Assembly (NCBI GenBank): GCA_037443265.1 | Contig: JBBIOR010000004.1 | Coordinates: 14,062-78,061 of the forward strand | From: Candidatus Fraserbacteria bacterium | Lineage (GTDB): Bacteria; Bipolaricaulota; Bipolaricaulia; RBG-16-55-9 | Length of the DNA stretch: 64,000 bases | Direction of reading: 5' to 3' | Shown here: piece by piece, positions 8,622 to 18,364 of the stretch | How the letters are laid out: every line of letters starts with the position of its first letter | Position numbering within the stretch: the first letter of the stretch is position 1 | Notes under the pieces: generated by a model | Database searches by the model: none | What the model saw: only the letters and a program-made list of their open reading frames with translations | What the model was told of the DNA's origin: nothing | Position numbers and translations under genes: made by a program

Positions 8622-10460
8622 ATGGCAAGTAGACAGATCGTAAAGTTGGCCAAGGAGCTGGGATTTAAGAGCAGCAAAGAGTTGATGGAGATTCTCAAAG
8701 GGTTAGGGATTGAGAAGCCGAGCAACTTCAGCGTCCTGGAAGAAGATGAGTACGAGAAATTTCGAAAGTACTATGAACGGCGCGGCCAAGCTGAGCCAGC
8801 CCCGCCTCAAGCTACCGCCCCCCTAGTAAGAGAAGCCCCGCCCAAACGGGAAGACGCGGCCCCCGCAGCCGTCAGCGTGATCGCCCCTCCAAAGGCAGCT
8901 CCCCAAGAAGAGACGGTGCAGGCTCCTGCGAAGCCGAAGGTCAAACCCACAGGTCAGCCGCGCCCGCCGGTGGTGGCCGTGCTCGGCCACGTCGATCACG
9001 GCAAGACAACTCTTCTCGACCAGATTCGAAAGACCCACGTGGCCCAAGGGGAAGCCGGAGGCATCACTCAATCCATCGGGGCTTATCAAGTCGAATATCA
9101 GGGCAAGAAGATCACGTTCATCGACACGCCGGGCCATCGGGCGTTCACCGGCATGCGCGCTCGCGGGGCCCAGGCCACAGATATGGCCATTCTGGTCGTG
9201 GCGGCGGACGATGGAGTGATGGAGCAGACCCGCGAGGCCATCGCCCACGCGCGCGCGGCAGGCGTCCCTATCCTTGTGGCCATCAACAAGATCGACAAGC
9301 CTGGCGTGGACCTAAAGCGCGTGAAGGCCCAGCTGGCCGAAGAAGGACTCACCCCGGAAGACTGGGGAGGAGAGACGATCACCGTCCCTGTCTCGGCCCT
9401 CACGGGCCAAGGGCTCGATGAGCTATTAGAGATGATCCTGCTGGTGGCCGAGCTGGAAGAGCTGCGGGCCGACCCCAAGCGCCCGGCTCAGGGCATCATC
9501 ATCGAAAGCCATCTCGATCCCACGCGAGGCCCGGTGGCCACAGCCATCCTCCGAGACGGGACGCTGCGAGAGCGAGATGTCGTGGTGGCCGGCACGGCGT
9601 GGGGCCGCGTGCGGGCACTCCTCAACGACCGGGGCCAGCGCATCACCGAGGCCAGTGCCGGCTTGCCCGTTCTGATTCTGGGCCTCTCCCATGTCCCGCC
9701 GTTGGGCATCCCTCTGGAAGTGGTGGACAGCCCGGCCCAAGCCAAAAAGATCGTCGAGGAGCGCCAGGAGCAAGAACGTCGCGCGCGACTCCAGCGGGCC
9801 CATCTTACGTGGGAAGACGTTCTAGCTCGTGCCGCTGCTCAGAAGGGTGTTCTGCGACTGATCCTTAAGGCCGATACCCTCGGCTCGCTCGAGGCCGCTA
9901 CTAACGAACTCCAGCAGCTCCAGACCGACGACCTCAAAATCGAGATACTCTTCGCCGGTGTGGGGACCATCAACGAGAGCGATGTGCTCTTGGCGGCCTC
10001 CTCAGAAGATGAGGTGAGCGTGCTCGGCTTCCGCGTCGAGCTTGATCCCAAGGCCAAAGAGGTTGCCGAAGGGGAGCAGGTGACCGTGCGCACGTATGAC
10101 ATCATCTATCAGCTCACGGAGGATGTGAGGAAGGCACTCAAGGGCCTGGTGGAGCCGGAGTTCAAAGAGCTCAAGATCGGCGAGGCCGAGGTGAGGGGCG
10201 TCTTCAAGATCCCCAAGGTGGGCACCGTCGCTGGCTGCTACGTGAGAGATGGGGTAGTCCTGCGCCATGCTCAAGTACGCGTGATGCGCAATGGATCCCC
10301 GATCTTCCAGGGGAAGCTCCAGAGCCTTAAGCGCTTCGATCAGGACGTCCGGGAAGTGCCCAAAGACAAAGAATGTGGCATCAAGATCGAGGGGTTTGAG
10401 GATGTGAAAGTCGGGGATCGGCTGGAGATCTTCACGCTGCGCCGGGTCGATACCCTCTAG
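8622..10460 (+). CDS. infB: Translation initiation factor IF-2
   Basis: [52 protein letters not shown]...ECGI; AAAGGA RBS before ATG 8622. Confidence 0.98.
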   Translation: MASRQIVKLAKELGFKSSKELMEILKGLGIEKPSNFSVLEEDEYEKFRKYYERRGQAEPAPPQATAPLVREAPPKREDAAPAAVSVIAPPKAAPQEETVQAPAKPKVKPTGQPRPPVVAVLGHVDHGKTTLLDQIRKTHVAQGEAGGITQSIGAYQVEYQGKKITFIDTPGHRAFTGMRARGAQATDMAILVVAADDGVMEQTREAIAHARAAGVPILVAINKIDKPGVDLKRVKAQLAEEGLTPEDWGGETITVPVSALTGQGLDELLEMILLVAELEELRADPKRPAQGIIIESHLDPTRGPVATAILRDGTLRERDVVVAGTAWGRVRALLNDRGQRITEASAGLPVLILGLSHVPPLGIPLEVVDSPAQAKKIVEERQEQERRARLQRAHLTWEDVLARAAAQKGVLRLILKADTLGSLEAATNELQQLQTDDLKIEILFAGVGTINESDVLLAASSEDEVSVLGFRVELDPKAKEVAEGEQVTVRTYDIIYQLTEDVRKALKGLVEPEFKELKIGEAEVRGVFKIPKVGTVAGCYVRDGVVLRHAQVRVMRNGSPIFQGKLQSLKRFDQDVREVPKDKECGIKIEGFEDVKVGDRLEIFTLRRVDTL

Positions 10461-10477
10461 ATGAGTCGCGATGTCCC

Positions 10478-10759
10478 ATGCGGGTTGGGGTTGTACGGAT
10501 TACGCTTCGTCTGTCTCAGACGCTCTCTCTTAAGGACAAGCGCCGCCTGCTTAAGAGCCTGCTGGCCCGCGTCAAGCAAGAGTTCAACGTCTCCATTGCC
10601 GAGGTCGATCATCTGGACGATCATCGCTCGGCCGTCTTGGGGGCGGCGCTCGTATCCAATGACGGCCGACTCAACCAGCGAGTCCTCCATCGCCTGGTGA
10701 GCTTCCTTGAGCGCCACCCCGAAGTCCTCGTCGAGGACTATCAGAGCGAGATCTTCTGA
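10478..10759 (+). CDS. ylxP: DUF503 (YlxP) family protein
   Basis: SLKDKRR.LKSL..RVKQEFNVSIAEVD..D pattern; canonical position between infB and rbfA. Confidence 0.92.
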   Translation: MRVGVVRITLRLSQTLSLKDKRRLLKSLLARVKQEFNVSIAEVDHLDDHRSAVLGAALVSNDGRLNQRVLHRLVSFLERHPEVLVEDYQSEIF

Positions 10760-11097
10760 TGAATCGGAAAATTCGCGAGAAGATTCGCGAGGAGATCAAG
10801 CGGCGCCTGAGCGAGATTCTTCAATATGAGACGCGCGATCCTCGGCTGGAGCTCGTCACCGTGATGGACGTGCGACTCTCAAGCGACCTGCGTCATGCTA
10901 CCGTCTTTGTGGGCGTCGCTTCGCTTACGGCCTCGGAAGAGGAGGCCATCGCGGTGCTGAAAGAGCATCGAGGCTTCTTCAGAAGCGAGCTGGCCAAGCG
11001 CCTGCATTTAAGACATACCCCTGAGCTCGTCTTTGAGATCGATCCGTTGGAGCAGCAGGCCCGGCGCATCGAAGAGCTATTGCAAGATGAGAGATGA
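10759..11097 (+). CDS. rbfA: Ribosome-binding factor A
   Basis: DPRL..VTV.DV.LSSDL.HATVF, R.ELAKRL.LR.TPEL.F..D. Confidence 0.95.
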   Translation: MNRKIREKIREEIKRRLSEILQYETRDPRLELVTVMDVRLSSDLRHATVFVGVASLTASEEEAIAVLKEHRGFFRSELAKRLHLRHTPELVFEIDPLEQQARRIEELLQDER

Positions 11098-11601
11098 TCA
11101 CCCAGAACACTCTTTCAACTCGAAGTGTTTCTCCATCCATTCGCCCAGCACGTTCTTGCGCGCGCGGTGATGGGCGTAGTGCATGTGCAGGCACTTGACC
11201 CGATCCCAGTCCTGGAGTCCTCCGATCCCGCGCTCTCGAAAGAGGGGTGCTAGGCCCCGCTCGAAGATCCAGCGCCGGTCGCGCGCGGTAAGCTGTGCCC
11301 AGCGTTCTTCAATATATGCCCGATGGTTCTCGTGATACCGCGCGCGCAGGTTCTGGTCTTGCTGGATGAGTCGCTCGAGCTTTTCGATCCAGCCCTCATG
11401 CTCGAGGCGTGAGATCTGGCGGACAAGAACTGGGCAGCTCAACCAGAAGAGCGTCGGGAAGGGCTCTTCATCGATGAGCGGGTAGACTCGGATCACCTGA
11501 GGATGGCCCGCAGGGCAGTATCGTTCCACAGCGCGGAGGCCGCGTGGGTAGCGTCCCAGCTGCTCTAGCAAGAGTTGGAGATCGCGTGGGCTGATCATCA
11601 T
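11098..11601 (-). CDS. DUF501 family protein
   Basis: QLGR.PRG, CP.GHP, PFPT.FWLSCP...ISRLE, GIGG....VKCLH.HYAH; start 11601 or 11628. Confidence 0.88.
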   Translation of the reverse strand: MMISPRDLQLLLEQLGRYPRGLRAVERYCPAGHPQVIRVYPLIDEEPFPTLFWLSCPVLVRQISRLEHEGWIEKLERLIQQDQNLRARYHENHRAYIEERWAQLTARDRRWIFERGLAPLFRERGIGGLQDWDRVKCLHMHYAHHRARKNVLGEWMEKHFELKECSG

Positions 11602-11710
11602 CTGCCAACCCGAAGCATAGATGATCATCTCGAGCGTTGCAATCCAAACGCATGGAGGAGACGCTTCGCGCGAGTGTCAGGATCTTCGAAGCCGGGTTTA
11701 TAATATAGAA

Positions 11711-11826
11711 GCTCTTCTCAGCCTCCGGAAGAGCAGCTAAGGGGTGGATGCGAGTCGAAAGCCCTAGGCCAATCTACTACCCTCCACCCTAATCCCCGGC
11801 GGCCCCTCCCCCAGGGCCGCCGTTTT
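11711..11826 (+). ncRNA. Candidate sRNA, or micro-ORF MRVESPRPIYYPPP (11748-11792), with its own -10 box and terminator
   Basis: TATAAT at 11699-11704; three hairpins with CCUCC or C-rich loops; U-tract terminator. Confidence 0.45.
11797..11826 (+). terminator. Intrinsic terminator
   Basis: CGGCGGCCC (11797-11805) pairs with GGGCCGCCG (11814-11822), followed by TTTT. Confidence 0.7.
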
Positions 11827-13487
11827 CATTCTGCAATCTGAATCTGCCACGGACCGGTCACAAAGATCTCCGGGCCGTTGTACTCCGTAAGCTCCCCGGT
11901 GACTTCGATCAGTCGGCCCTGAAGCCCAAAGAGATCTAAGCCGCTGCCCGTAAAGCGCTCCAGCGCGCAGGCGGGGATGAAGGCCGTAAAATCCGTCTTG
12001 TAGTCTTCGCCGGAGTTCAGATAGATGTGGCCGTCGCGCCCCGTGGGCCGCGGTGGATTGACCACGCGAAAGCGGACGGTGACCCTCTGGTTCAAATAGC
12101 GCTTGAGTTCGCGCTCTGCTTCTTCAGCCGTCAAGATGGGAATCCCTTCGGGAATGCGAGCGCGATACGCATTGGAGTACTCTGTCCACTGATGGAGGGC
12201 TCGGCTGCGCACTCGATAGAAATACTCTGGCCCTGGGATGACTGGGCGATCGATGAAATACCAGCTCCAGCCAGGCAGCTCAGAAGAACGCTCGCACGCT
12301 CGGCTCTTAGGATCGCGCAACCGGCAGATCTCATAGCGCTCTACGGAGCCCAGGGCGCGGGGCCTCCACTGAATGAGCGCCGCATCGCGGGCTACCCCAA
12401 AGTGACGGATCTCAACGCGCGGAGGCGAAGAAGCCGAGATCTCGTAGGCCCGGGCATCGCTTAGGAGCATTTGAAAATTCTCGCGATAGCGCTGGGCGAT
12501 GCCCTCGTCATGCACAATTAGAAAATTCTCGTCATTGCGCTCCAGGGCGCTCTTGGACCAGTTCGCAGAGCCCGTAATCACAATGCGATCGTCTATGATG
12601 GCATATTTATGGTGCAAGAGGCCGGGACCGGCCTCTACGACGCCGATGCCCTGCTTTAGAAGATCGTCCACTCTAGAGAAGAAGCACCTATCTTGGCTTA
12701 GAAGATCCCAGATGGCTTCGAGGCGCACGCCGCGGTTTTGGGCCTCTAAGAGTGCTTCGTACAGCTCCTGATCCGTCAAGTCATAGAGGGCCAGACGAAT
12801 CGATTGGCGCGCGTTTTTTATCAGCTCGATCAAGCGCTCTCTGGGCCGATCGCTGGGAGAGAAATAGATCTCGATGGAGACGTCGCTTACGCGAAGGCGC
12901 TCTTCGTTCGTGTCTTGCTTGGTGGGGCCGTAGCGTCTATGGGAAAACATCTCTTCGAACTCCGCGCGGTAGTCTTGCGCGACCAAAGAGCTCTGAATGA
13001 TGACGGCGTTGTTGGCATCGAAATAGACGCCCGTCTCCGTCCAGTTGGTCGAGCCTGTCCAGACTGTTCTTTGATCGACGATCATGAACTTGTGATGCAT
13101 CAGGCGCTCATTCTCATCGAGCTTGAGCTGGACGCAATGGGGGAGTGTTTGAGGGCGGGATTGCTCGGCTTCCAGAACCAAGCGGATCGTCACGCGGCGG
13201 GCGCAGGCGCGTTGCAGAGCGTCCAGAAGAGCGGGCATCGTCAGATGATACATCGCGATGTCCAAAGACGATCTGGCTTGCTCGATGAGCTCGATGAGCA
13301 CTTGATCGAGGCCGCCCCCTTGCGTGGCGAAATCCTCCATCTCCGGAAGTCCGGCCAGTGGGTTGTTGAAATAGACGGCCACGCTCTCGCTAAGGGGGCC
13401 TGAAGCGGGACGCGAAGCCGTGATCTGGCAAGCCGTCAGCGCGAGCAGAATCCCCACGGCGCAAGGCAGGAGCGTGATGGATCTCAT
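11826..13487 (-). CDS. Lipoprotein phospholipase D-like (tandem HKD) nuclease with a C-terminal FN3-like segment and OB-fold
   Basis: Lipobox [14 protein letters not shown]...WTGSTNW and [10 protein letters not shown]...TGSANWS; C-terminal IYLN...DFTAFI...G..IEVTG....YNG.PEI OB-like domain. Confidence 0.82.
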   Translation of the reverse strand: MRSITLLPCAVGILLALTACQITASRPASGPLSESVAVYFNNPLAGLPEMEDFATQGGGLDQVLIELIEQARSSLDIAMYHLTMPALLDALQRACARRVTIRLVLEAEQSRPQTLPHCVQLKLDENERLMHHKFMIVDQRTVWTGSTNWTETGVYFDANNAVIIQSSLVAQDYRAEFEEMFSHRRYGPTKQDTNEERLRVSDVSIEIYFSPSDRPRERLIELIKNARQSIRLALYDLTDQELYEALLEAQNRGVRLEAIWDLLSQDRCFFSRVDDLLKQGIGVVEAGPGLLHHKYAIIDDRIVITGSANWSKSALERNDENFLIVHDEGIAQRYRENFQMLLSDARAYEISASSPPRVEIRHFGVARDAALIQWRPRALGSVERYEICRLRDPKSRACERSSELPGWSWYFIDRPVIPGPEYFYRVRSRALHQWTEYSNAYRARIPEGIPILTAEEAERELKRYLNQRVTVRFRVVNPPRPTGRDGHIYLNSGEDYKTDFTAFIPACALERFTGSGLDLFGLQGRLIEVTGELTEYNGPEIFVTGPWQIQIAE

Positions 13488-13549
13488 GGCGGCTTGATTA
13501 TAGCGCGCCCTTAACACTATACTCATGGCGCGGACAGGAGGACCTTTCG

Positions 13550-14425
13550 ATGAGTATCTTGATCGATGAACACACCCGAGTCTTAGTGCAAGGGATCACG
13601 GGAAGCGAGGGGTCCTTCCACACCCAGCGCATGATCGAATACGGCACGAGGGTCGTAGCGGGTGTCACGCCGGGCAAAGGCGGAACTTCCTTCGACGGCG
13701 TGCCCATCTACGACACGGTGGCTGAGGCTGTGGGAAGACACAGCATTGATGCGACGGTCATCTTCGTGCCGGCCCGCTTTGCCAGCGACGCGATCCTCGA
13801 GGCGGCCGCGGAGAAAATTCCACTCATCGTCTGCATCACTGAGGGCATCCCCTTGCATCATATGCTCGCCACTTACGAGATTCTGCAGTATCGCGGAGTG
13901 CGTCTCATAGGCCCCAACTGTCCGGGTCTGCTCTCCGCGGGAAAGTCCAAAATGGGGATCATGCCGGGCCAGATCTTCCAGAGAGGGCCTGTGGGAGTCG
14001 TCTCGCGCAGTGGGACTCTCACCTACGAGATCGTGGATCAATTGACGAAAGCCGGGCTGGGCCAGACGACGGCCGTGGGCATCGGCGGCGACCCCGTCAT
14101 CGGCAGCTCTTTCATTGATATTTTAGAGCTATTTGAGAGAGATCCCGAGACAAAGCTTGTGGTGCTGGTGGGCGAAATTGGAGGCAACGATGAAGAAGAG
14201 GCTGCTGAATTTATCGCTCGCGAGATGAGCAAACCCGTGGTGGCCTATATTGCCGGCTTCTCTGCTCCGCCGGGCAAAAGAATGGGCCACGCCGGGGCGA
14301 TCATCACGGGCTCTTCCGGTACGGCCGAAACCAAGGTGCAGGCCCTCGCTGAGAGGGGGATTCCCGTGGCCCACACGCCCCGACAAGTCGTGGAGCTTGC
14401 CAAACAAGCGCTCCGTAAAGCCTAA
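13550..14425 (+). CDS. sucD: Succinyl-CoA synthetase alpha subunit
   Basis: [45 protein letters not shown] (phospho-His). Confidence 0.96.
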   Translation: MSILIDEHTRVLVQGITGSEGSFHTQRMIEYGTRVVAGVTPGKGGTSFDGVPIYDTVAEAVGRHSIDATVIFVPARFASDAILEAAAEKIPLIVCITEGIPLHHMLATYEILQYRGVRLIGPNCPGLLSAGKSKMGIMPGQIFQRGPVGVVSRSGTLTYEIVDQLTKAGLGQTTAVGIGGDPVIGSSFIDILELFERDPETKLVVLVGEIGGNDEEEAAEFIAREMSKPVVAYIAGFSAPPGKRMGHAGAIITGSSGTAETKVQALAERGIPVAHTPRQVVELAKQALRKA

Positions 14426-14428
14426 CAT

Positions 14429-15511
14429 ATGGGCTTTAAGTGTGGACTGGTAGGCTTTCCCAATGCGGGCAAATCGACCCTGTTTAATGCGCTTACAGAC
14501 GCGGGCGCCAAAGTCGCCAGCTTCCCCTTTAGCACCATCGATCCTCAAGTAGGAGTCGTGGCCGTGCCCGATGAGCGCCTAGAGAGACTCGCGGAACTCT
14601 TCCCGCAGAAGCGCAAAGTCCCCACGACGCTGGAGTTTATAGACATTGCCGGGCTTGTGCGCGGAGCCCATCGGGGCGAGGGCTTAGGCAATCAATTTTT
14701 GGCTGAGATTCGCAGCGTCGATGCCATCGTCCACGTTGTGCGCTGCTTTGAAGATCCGAACGTCGTCCATCCGGAAGGCACGATCGACCCGCGGCGGGAC
14801 ATCGAGCTCATCGAGACGGAGCTCATGCTGAAAGATCTGGAGATGCTGGAGAAGAAAGTGAAAAGCTTGCAGTCTCAAGTGCGGCTGGGGGACAAGGCCG
14901 CACGGGCAGAGCTGCCGTTTTATCAGACGCTTGTGGAAGCCATAGGCCGTGGGCAGCCCCTTCGACAGCTCTCCTTAAGCGAAGATGAGCGGGCCAAGCT
15001 CAAAGAACTCAGCCCTCTTACGCTCAAGCCGGTGCTCTACGTCGCCAACGTGGGAGAGGATGGGAAATACGTCGATGTGGTGAAAGCACTGGCTGTGCAG
15101 CGGGGCGGAGCGGTAGTCGTCATCTATGGAAAACTGGAGATGGAGATCACTGAGACGGCGGAATCGCTGGAAGAGCGCGAGGCCTATCTGAAAGAGTGGG
15201 GCGTGGAGGAATCGGGTCTCAAAAAGCTCGTGCGCGCGGGCTATGAGCTGTTGCATCTGGTGACGTTCTATACCGTTGATGGGCCCGAGGTGCGGGCGTG
15301 GACGGTCACCCAAGGGACAGGGGCCCGCCAAGCCAGCGGAAAGATCCACAGTGACTTTGAAAAGCGCTTCGTGCAAGCCGAAGTGACGACGGCAGAGGAG
15401 CTACGGACGCACGGCTCGATGGCCAAGCTGCGGGAACTGGGGCGACTGCGGCGCGAAGGCGAAAAGTATCAAGTTCAAGACGGCGATGTGATTCACTTCG
15501 TCATCGCTTGA
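14429..15511 (+). CDS. ychF: Ribosome-binding ATPase YchF
   Basis: GFPNAGKSTLFNALT, FSTIDP, DIAGLV.GA..GEGLGNQFL, NVGE, G.IHSDFE, TGS domain. Confidence 0.96.
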   Translation: MGFKCGLVGFPNAGKSTLFNALTDAGAKVASFPFSTIDPQVGVVAVPDERLERLAELFPQKRKVPTTLEFIDIAGLVRGAHRGEGLGNQFLAEIRSVDAIVHVVRCFEDPNVVHPEGTIDPRRDIELIETELMLKDLEMLEKKVKSLQSQVRLGDKAARAELPFYQTLVEAIGRGQPLRQLSLSEDERAKLKELSPLTLKPVLYVANVGEDGKYVDVVKALAVQRGGAVVVIYGKLEMEITETAESLEEREAYLKEWGVEESGLKKLVRAGYELLHLVTFYTVDGPEVRAWTVTQGTGARQASGKIHSDFEKRFVQAEVTTAEELRTHGSMAKLRELGRLRREGEKYQVQDGDVIHFVIA

Positions 15512-15517
15512 GGGGAG

Positions 15518-16138
15518 ATGCCGGCTCTTATTCTTCATCTCGAAGTCGAGCGCGGGTTTGCTCCCAAAGAACTTGAGAGGATTCGAGATGCCATCGTCAA
15601 CGGGATGATTTTTATTTTCCCGACAGACACGATCTACGGCTTGGGTTGCGATGCGAAGAGCGCGAGCGCTGTCAAGAGGATTTATGAGCTGAAGGGGCGT
15701 CCGCCGGAGCGCCCCTTCTCCGTGCATCTGGGAAGCATCTGGGAGATAGAGCACCATGCGGAGCTTACCGAGCGGCAGCGCCTCCTCATCGAAAAGCTCT
15801 TGCCCGGTCCCTTCACGGTCGTGCTAAAAGCAGCTAGCAAGGCTCCGCCGGCCTGCGTGAGCCCCGATGGGAAGATTGGCCTGCGCGTGCCGAAAAGCCG
15901 CTCATTTCGTCTTGTCTACCAGACAGCCGGACGTCCCTTAGTGGGCACCAGCGTCAATAGAAGCGGCGAGCCGCCTCTTATAAACATCGAAGAGATCAGG
16001 CAACAATTCGCGGATCACGTGGAGCTTATCATCGCTACGGATGAGCCCATGACTCAAGAGAGCTCCAGTGTGATCGATCTCACCGTCGAGCCGCCCGTAG
16101 CCCTTCGAGGCCGTCTACCCGCAGGGCTCTTAGGCTGA
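15518..16138 (+). CDS. tsaC: L-threonylcarbamoyladenylate synthase (TsaC/Sua5 short form)
   Basis: FPTDTIYGLGCD, IYELKGRP, PGPFT, GLRVP, TSVNRSG, SSVID. Confidence 0.92.
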   Translation: MPALILHLEVERGFAPKELERIRDAIVNGMIFIFPTDTIYGLGCDAKSASAVKRIYELKGRPPERPFSVHLGSIWEIEHHAELTERQRLLIEKLLPGPFTVVLKAASKAPPACVSPDGKIGLRVPKSRSFRLVYQTAGRPLVGTSVNRSGEPPLINIEEIRQQFADHVELIIATDEPMTQESSSVIDLTVEPPVALRGRLPAGLLG

Positions 16139-16144
16139 AGATCT

Positions 16145-17413
16145 ATGACAGAGCTGGCGGCCCTGCTCATCTTCATCGTTACGTATGTGATCATCGCCAT
16201 TCAAAAGATCCCGCGCGTGCACATCAGTCGAGCGGCAGGCGCTTTGATCGGAGCCGTGGCCATGGCGCTTTTGGGGGTACTCACACCCCAGCAGGCCTAT
16301 GCAGCTCTCGATATCGACACACTGGTCTTCTTGCTTGGCATGATGATCCTGGTGGCACATCTAGAAATTGCTGGCTTCTTTGAAGTGCTAGAGCTGTGGA
16401 TCTTACGTCGAGCCCGCAGCCGTCGCGGGCTTCTGGCTCTGGTGATTAGCTCCAGCGGCCTGCTCTCGGCTCTTTTCATGAATGACACGATCTGCCTGAT
16501 GTTCACGCCGGTGCTGGTGCGGCTCACCCAACGCCTTAAGCTCAACCCGGTGCCGTATCTTTTGGGACTCGTTATGGCGGCCAACGCCGGGAGCGTAGCC
16601 ACCATCATTGGGAATCCCCAACAGATGCTCATCAGCGTAAGAGGCCATCTGCCATTCCTGCCGTTTACGCTCGCCCTGGGGCCGGCGGCTCTCTTGAGCC
16701 TGTTTGTGACGTTTGCCGGGCTCTGGCTGCTCTTCCGCCGCGAGCTTCAAGGCGAACTGCCCCATCTTCTGGCAGATCTGCCGGAGTATCGCGAGCTATC
16801 GATTCAGCGCGGGCTCTTATGGAGCGGGCTTCTCGTGATGATGCTCTTTCTGGCCTTGCTCATAACCGGTATGCCTCCACAGTGGGCGGCCATCAGCTGC
16901 GCGGCACTTCTGCTCGTGCTCGCCAGCAACCGTCCGCGGCGTGCTCTCCAACACGTCGACTGGACGCTGTTGCTGCTGTTTGCTGGGCTCTTCATCGTGA
17001 TGCGCGGCCTGGAGGCCACCAGCTGGATGGATCAACTGATGAGACTCAGTAGCTCTTGGCTGAGCAGCGGGTCTTCTAGCATTAGCTCGCTCTTTGCGCT
17101 GGTAGGCGTCACTGTGATCGTGAGCAACCTTGTGAGCAACGTGCCCGCCGTGCTGCTTTTGGCTCCTCTACTGGAGCGCGCCGGAGCTGGACCCGATTCG
17201 TGGCTGGCTCTGGCTATGGCTTCCACGCTGGCCGGAAATCTCACGATCATCGGCTCGGCAGCCAATCTCATCGTGCTGGAGATCGCCGCGGCTCGTGGGG
17301 TTCACATCAGCTTTGGCGCGTACTGGCGCGCGGGGCTTCCCATTGCGCTCGCCTCCCTGGCTGCGGGCACTCTCTGGCTCATGCTGCGCTTTTTGTTCAT
17401 GGCGAGACTCTAA
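16145..17413 (+). CDS. ArsB/NhaD superfamily anion permease
   Basis: LSALFMND, AANAGSVATIIGNPQ, SNLVSNVPA, STLAGNLTIIGSAANL. Confidence 0.88.
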   Translation: MTELAALLIFIVTYVIIAIQKIPRVHISRAAGALIGAVAMALLGVLTPQQAYAALDIDTLVFLLGMMILVAHLEIAGFFEVLELWILRRARSRRGLLALVISSSGLLSALFMNDTICLMFTPVLVRLTQRLKLNPVPYLLGLVMAANAGSVATIIGNPQQMLISVRGHLPFLPFTLALGPAALLSLFVTFAGLWLLFRRELQGELPHLLADLPEYRELSIQRGLLWSGLLVMMLFLALLITGMPPQWAAISCAALLLVLASNRPRRALQHVDWTLLLLFAGLFIVMRGLEATSWMDQLMRLSSSWLSSGSSSISSLFALVGVTVIVSNLVSNVPAVLLLAPLLERAGAGPDSWLALAMASTLAGNLTIIGSAANLIVLEIAAARGVHISFGAYWRAGLPIALASLAAGTLWLMLRFLFMARL

Positions 17414-18239
17414 GGTCGGCTGCCTCCTCCACGCGGATTCGGATCCACGCCAGCCCGTTACGCTGATCATACGTGACGCCGAGCACTTGGCCGGGATACG
17501 GGGCCTTAAGATACAGCTTTTCGATCTGCGCGTTAAGAGCTAGCAGGCGCCCTTCATACGCGCGCTCGCCCAAGAGGAGTGCCCTGAGCCTGCCGATGAA
17601 CGAGGCCTGCTCCCTTTGCAAATCTTGAAGCTCCTTCTGGAGCTTGGCCAGGACAACTGGATCTTTTACGCACAACGGCTCTTCGCCCGTGATGAGCTGA
17701 TACGGCTGTACGAGCGCTTGCCCTGTGCAGGATAGTTCTTTGATCACGACCTGTGTGCCGGGCACCGGCTGAGTTCCGCTCTCGCGCCATTGCCAATCGA
17801 TGCGGGCAGCCTCGATCAGCTTTGCTACCACACGGCCTGGCTCACGCACGACCCAATACGCTTCACGCACTTCGTGCATCGGAGTTGCGCTACAGAGTTC
17901 CAGCTGAGCGGCCGCCATAGCCTGGAGCGTCCGAGTCGCATAGCGGAGCTCCAGCGTCCCATCGCGGTTGAAGAGCATTTCCTCCGGCTGAGGATTGAAA
18001 CGGAGCTGCGCCAGTGTCGCTTCTGGCAGAAAGCGCACGCGCAGCGCACTCACATAAGCCCCATCCACTTCATCTAAAGAGAAGCGGAAGATCTTGCTGG
18101 GTTGAGCGCAATCCGCTGGAAGTTCCATCTGCCCCATTCGCTTTGAGAAATTGGCCGTCTGGGATGCCCCCACGATAAGCAGTGCTCCCAAAGGCACCGC
18201 CATCGCGAGAATCTTCATGCGTCTTAGTCGAGTCATCAT
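17397..18239 (-). CDS. Secreted hypothetical protein with a C-terminal coiled coil and lipoyl-like 'APYPGQV' half-motif
   Basis: Signal peptide, AAAGGGGTG RBS, coiled coil LAKLQKELQDLQREQ...LNAQIEK followed by LYLKAPYPGQVLGV. Confidence 0.65.
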   Translation of the reverse strand: MMTRLRRMKILAMAVPLGALLIVGASQTANFSKRMGQMELPADCAQPSKIFRFSLDEVDGAYVSALRVRFLPEATLAQLRFNPQPEEMLFNRDGTLELRYATRTLQAMAAAQLELCSATPMHEVREAYWVVREPGRVVAKLIEAARIDWQWRESGTQPVPGTQVVIKELSCTGQALVQPYQLITGEEPLCVKDPVVLAKLQKELQDLQREQASFIGRLRALLLGERAYEGRLLALNAQIEKLYLKAPYPGQVLGVTYDQRNGLAWIRIRVEEAADLRVSP

Positions 18240-18364
18240 CTTGTGTCACCCCTTTCGGCTGTTGCTCAACGTACATCTACTCTTGGGGAGTCGAGGAGTT
18301 TCACTTCCATTTTTTTAAGCCAGCTCTTTCAGGGTCCCTCAAGAAGTCACTATAATGGGGCGCT

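Noticed and set aside
11717..11742. TCAGCCTCCGGAAGAGCAGCTAAGG resembles SRP RNA helix 8 (CAGG-TCC-GGAA-GGA-AGCAGC)
   Set aside because: The symmetric internal loop and GNRA tetraloop geometry do not form, and there is no long closing helix. Not called as SRP RNA; an Rfam search would settle it.
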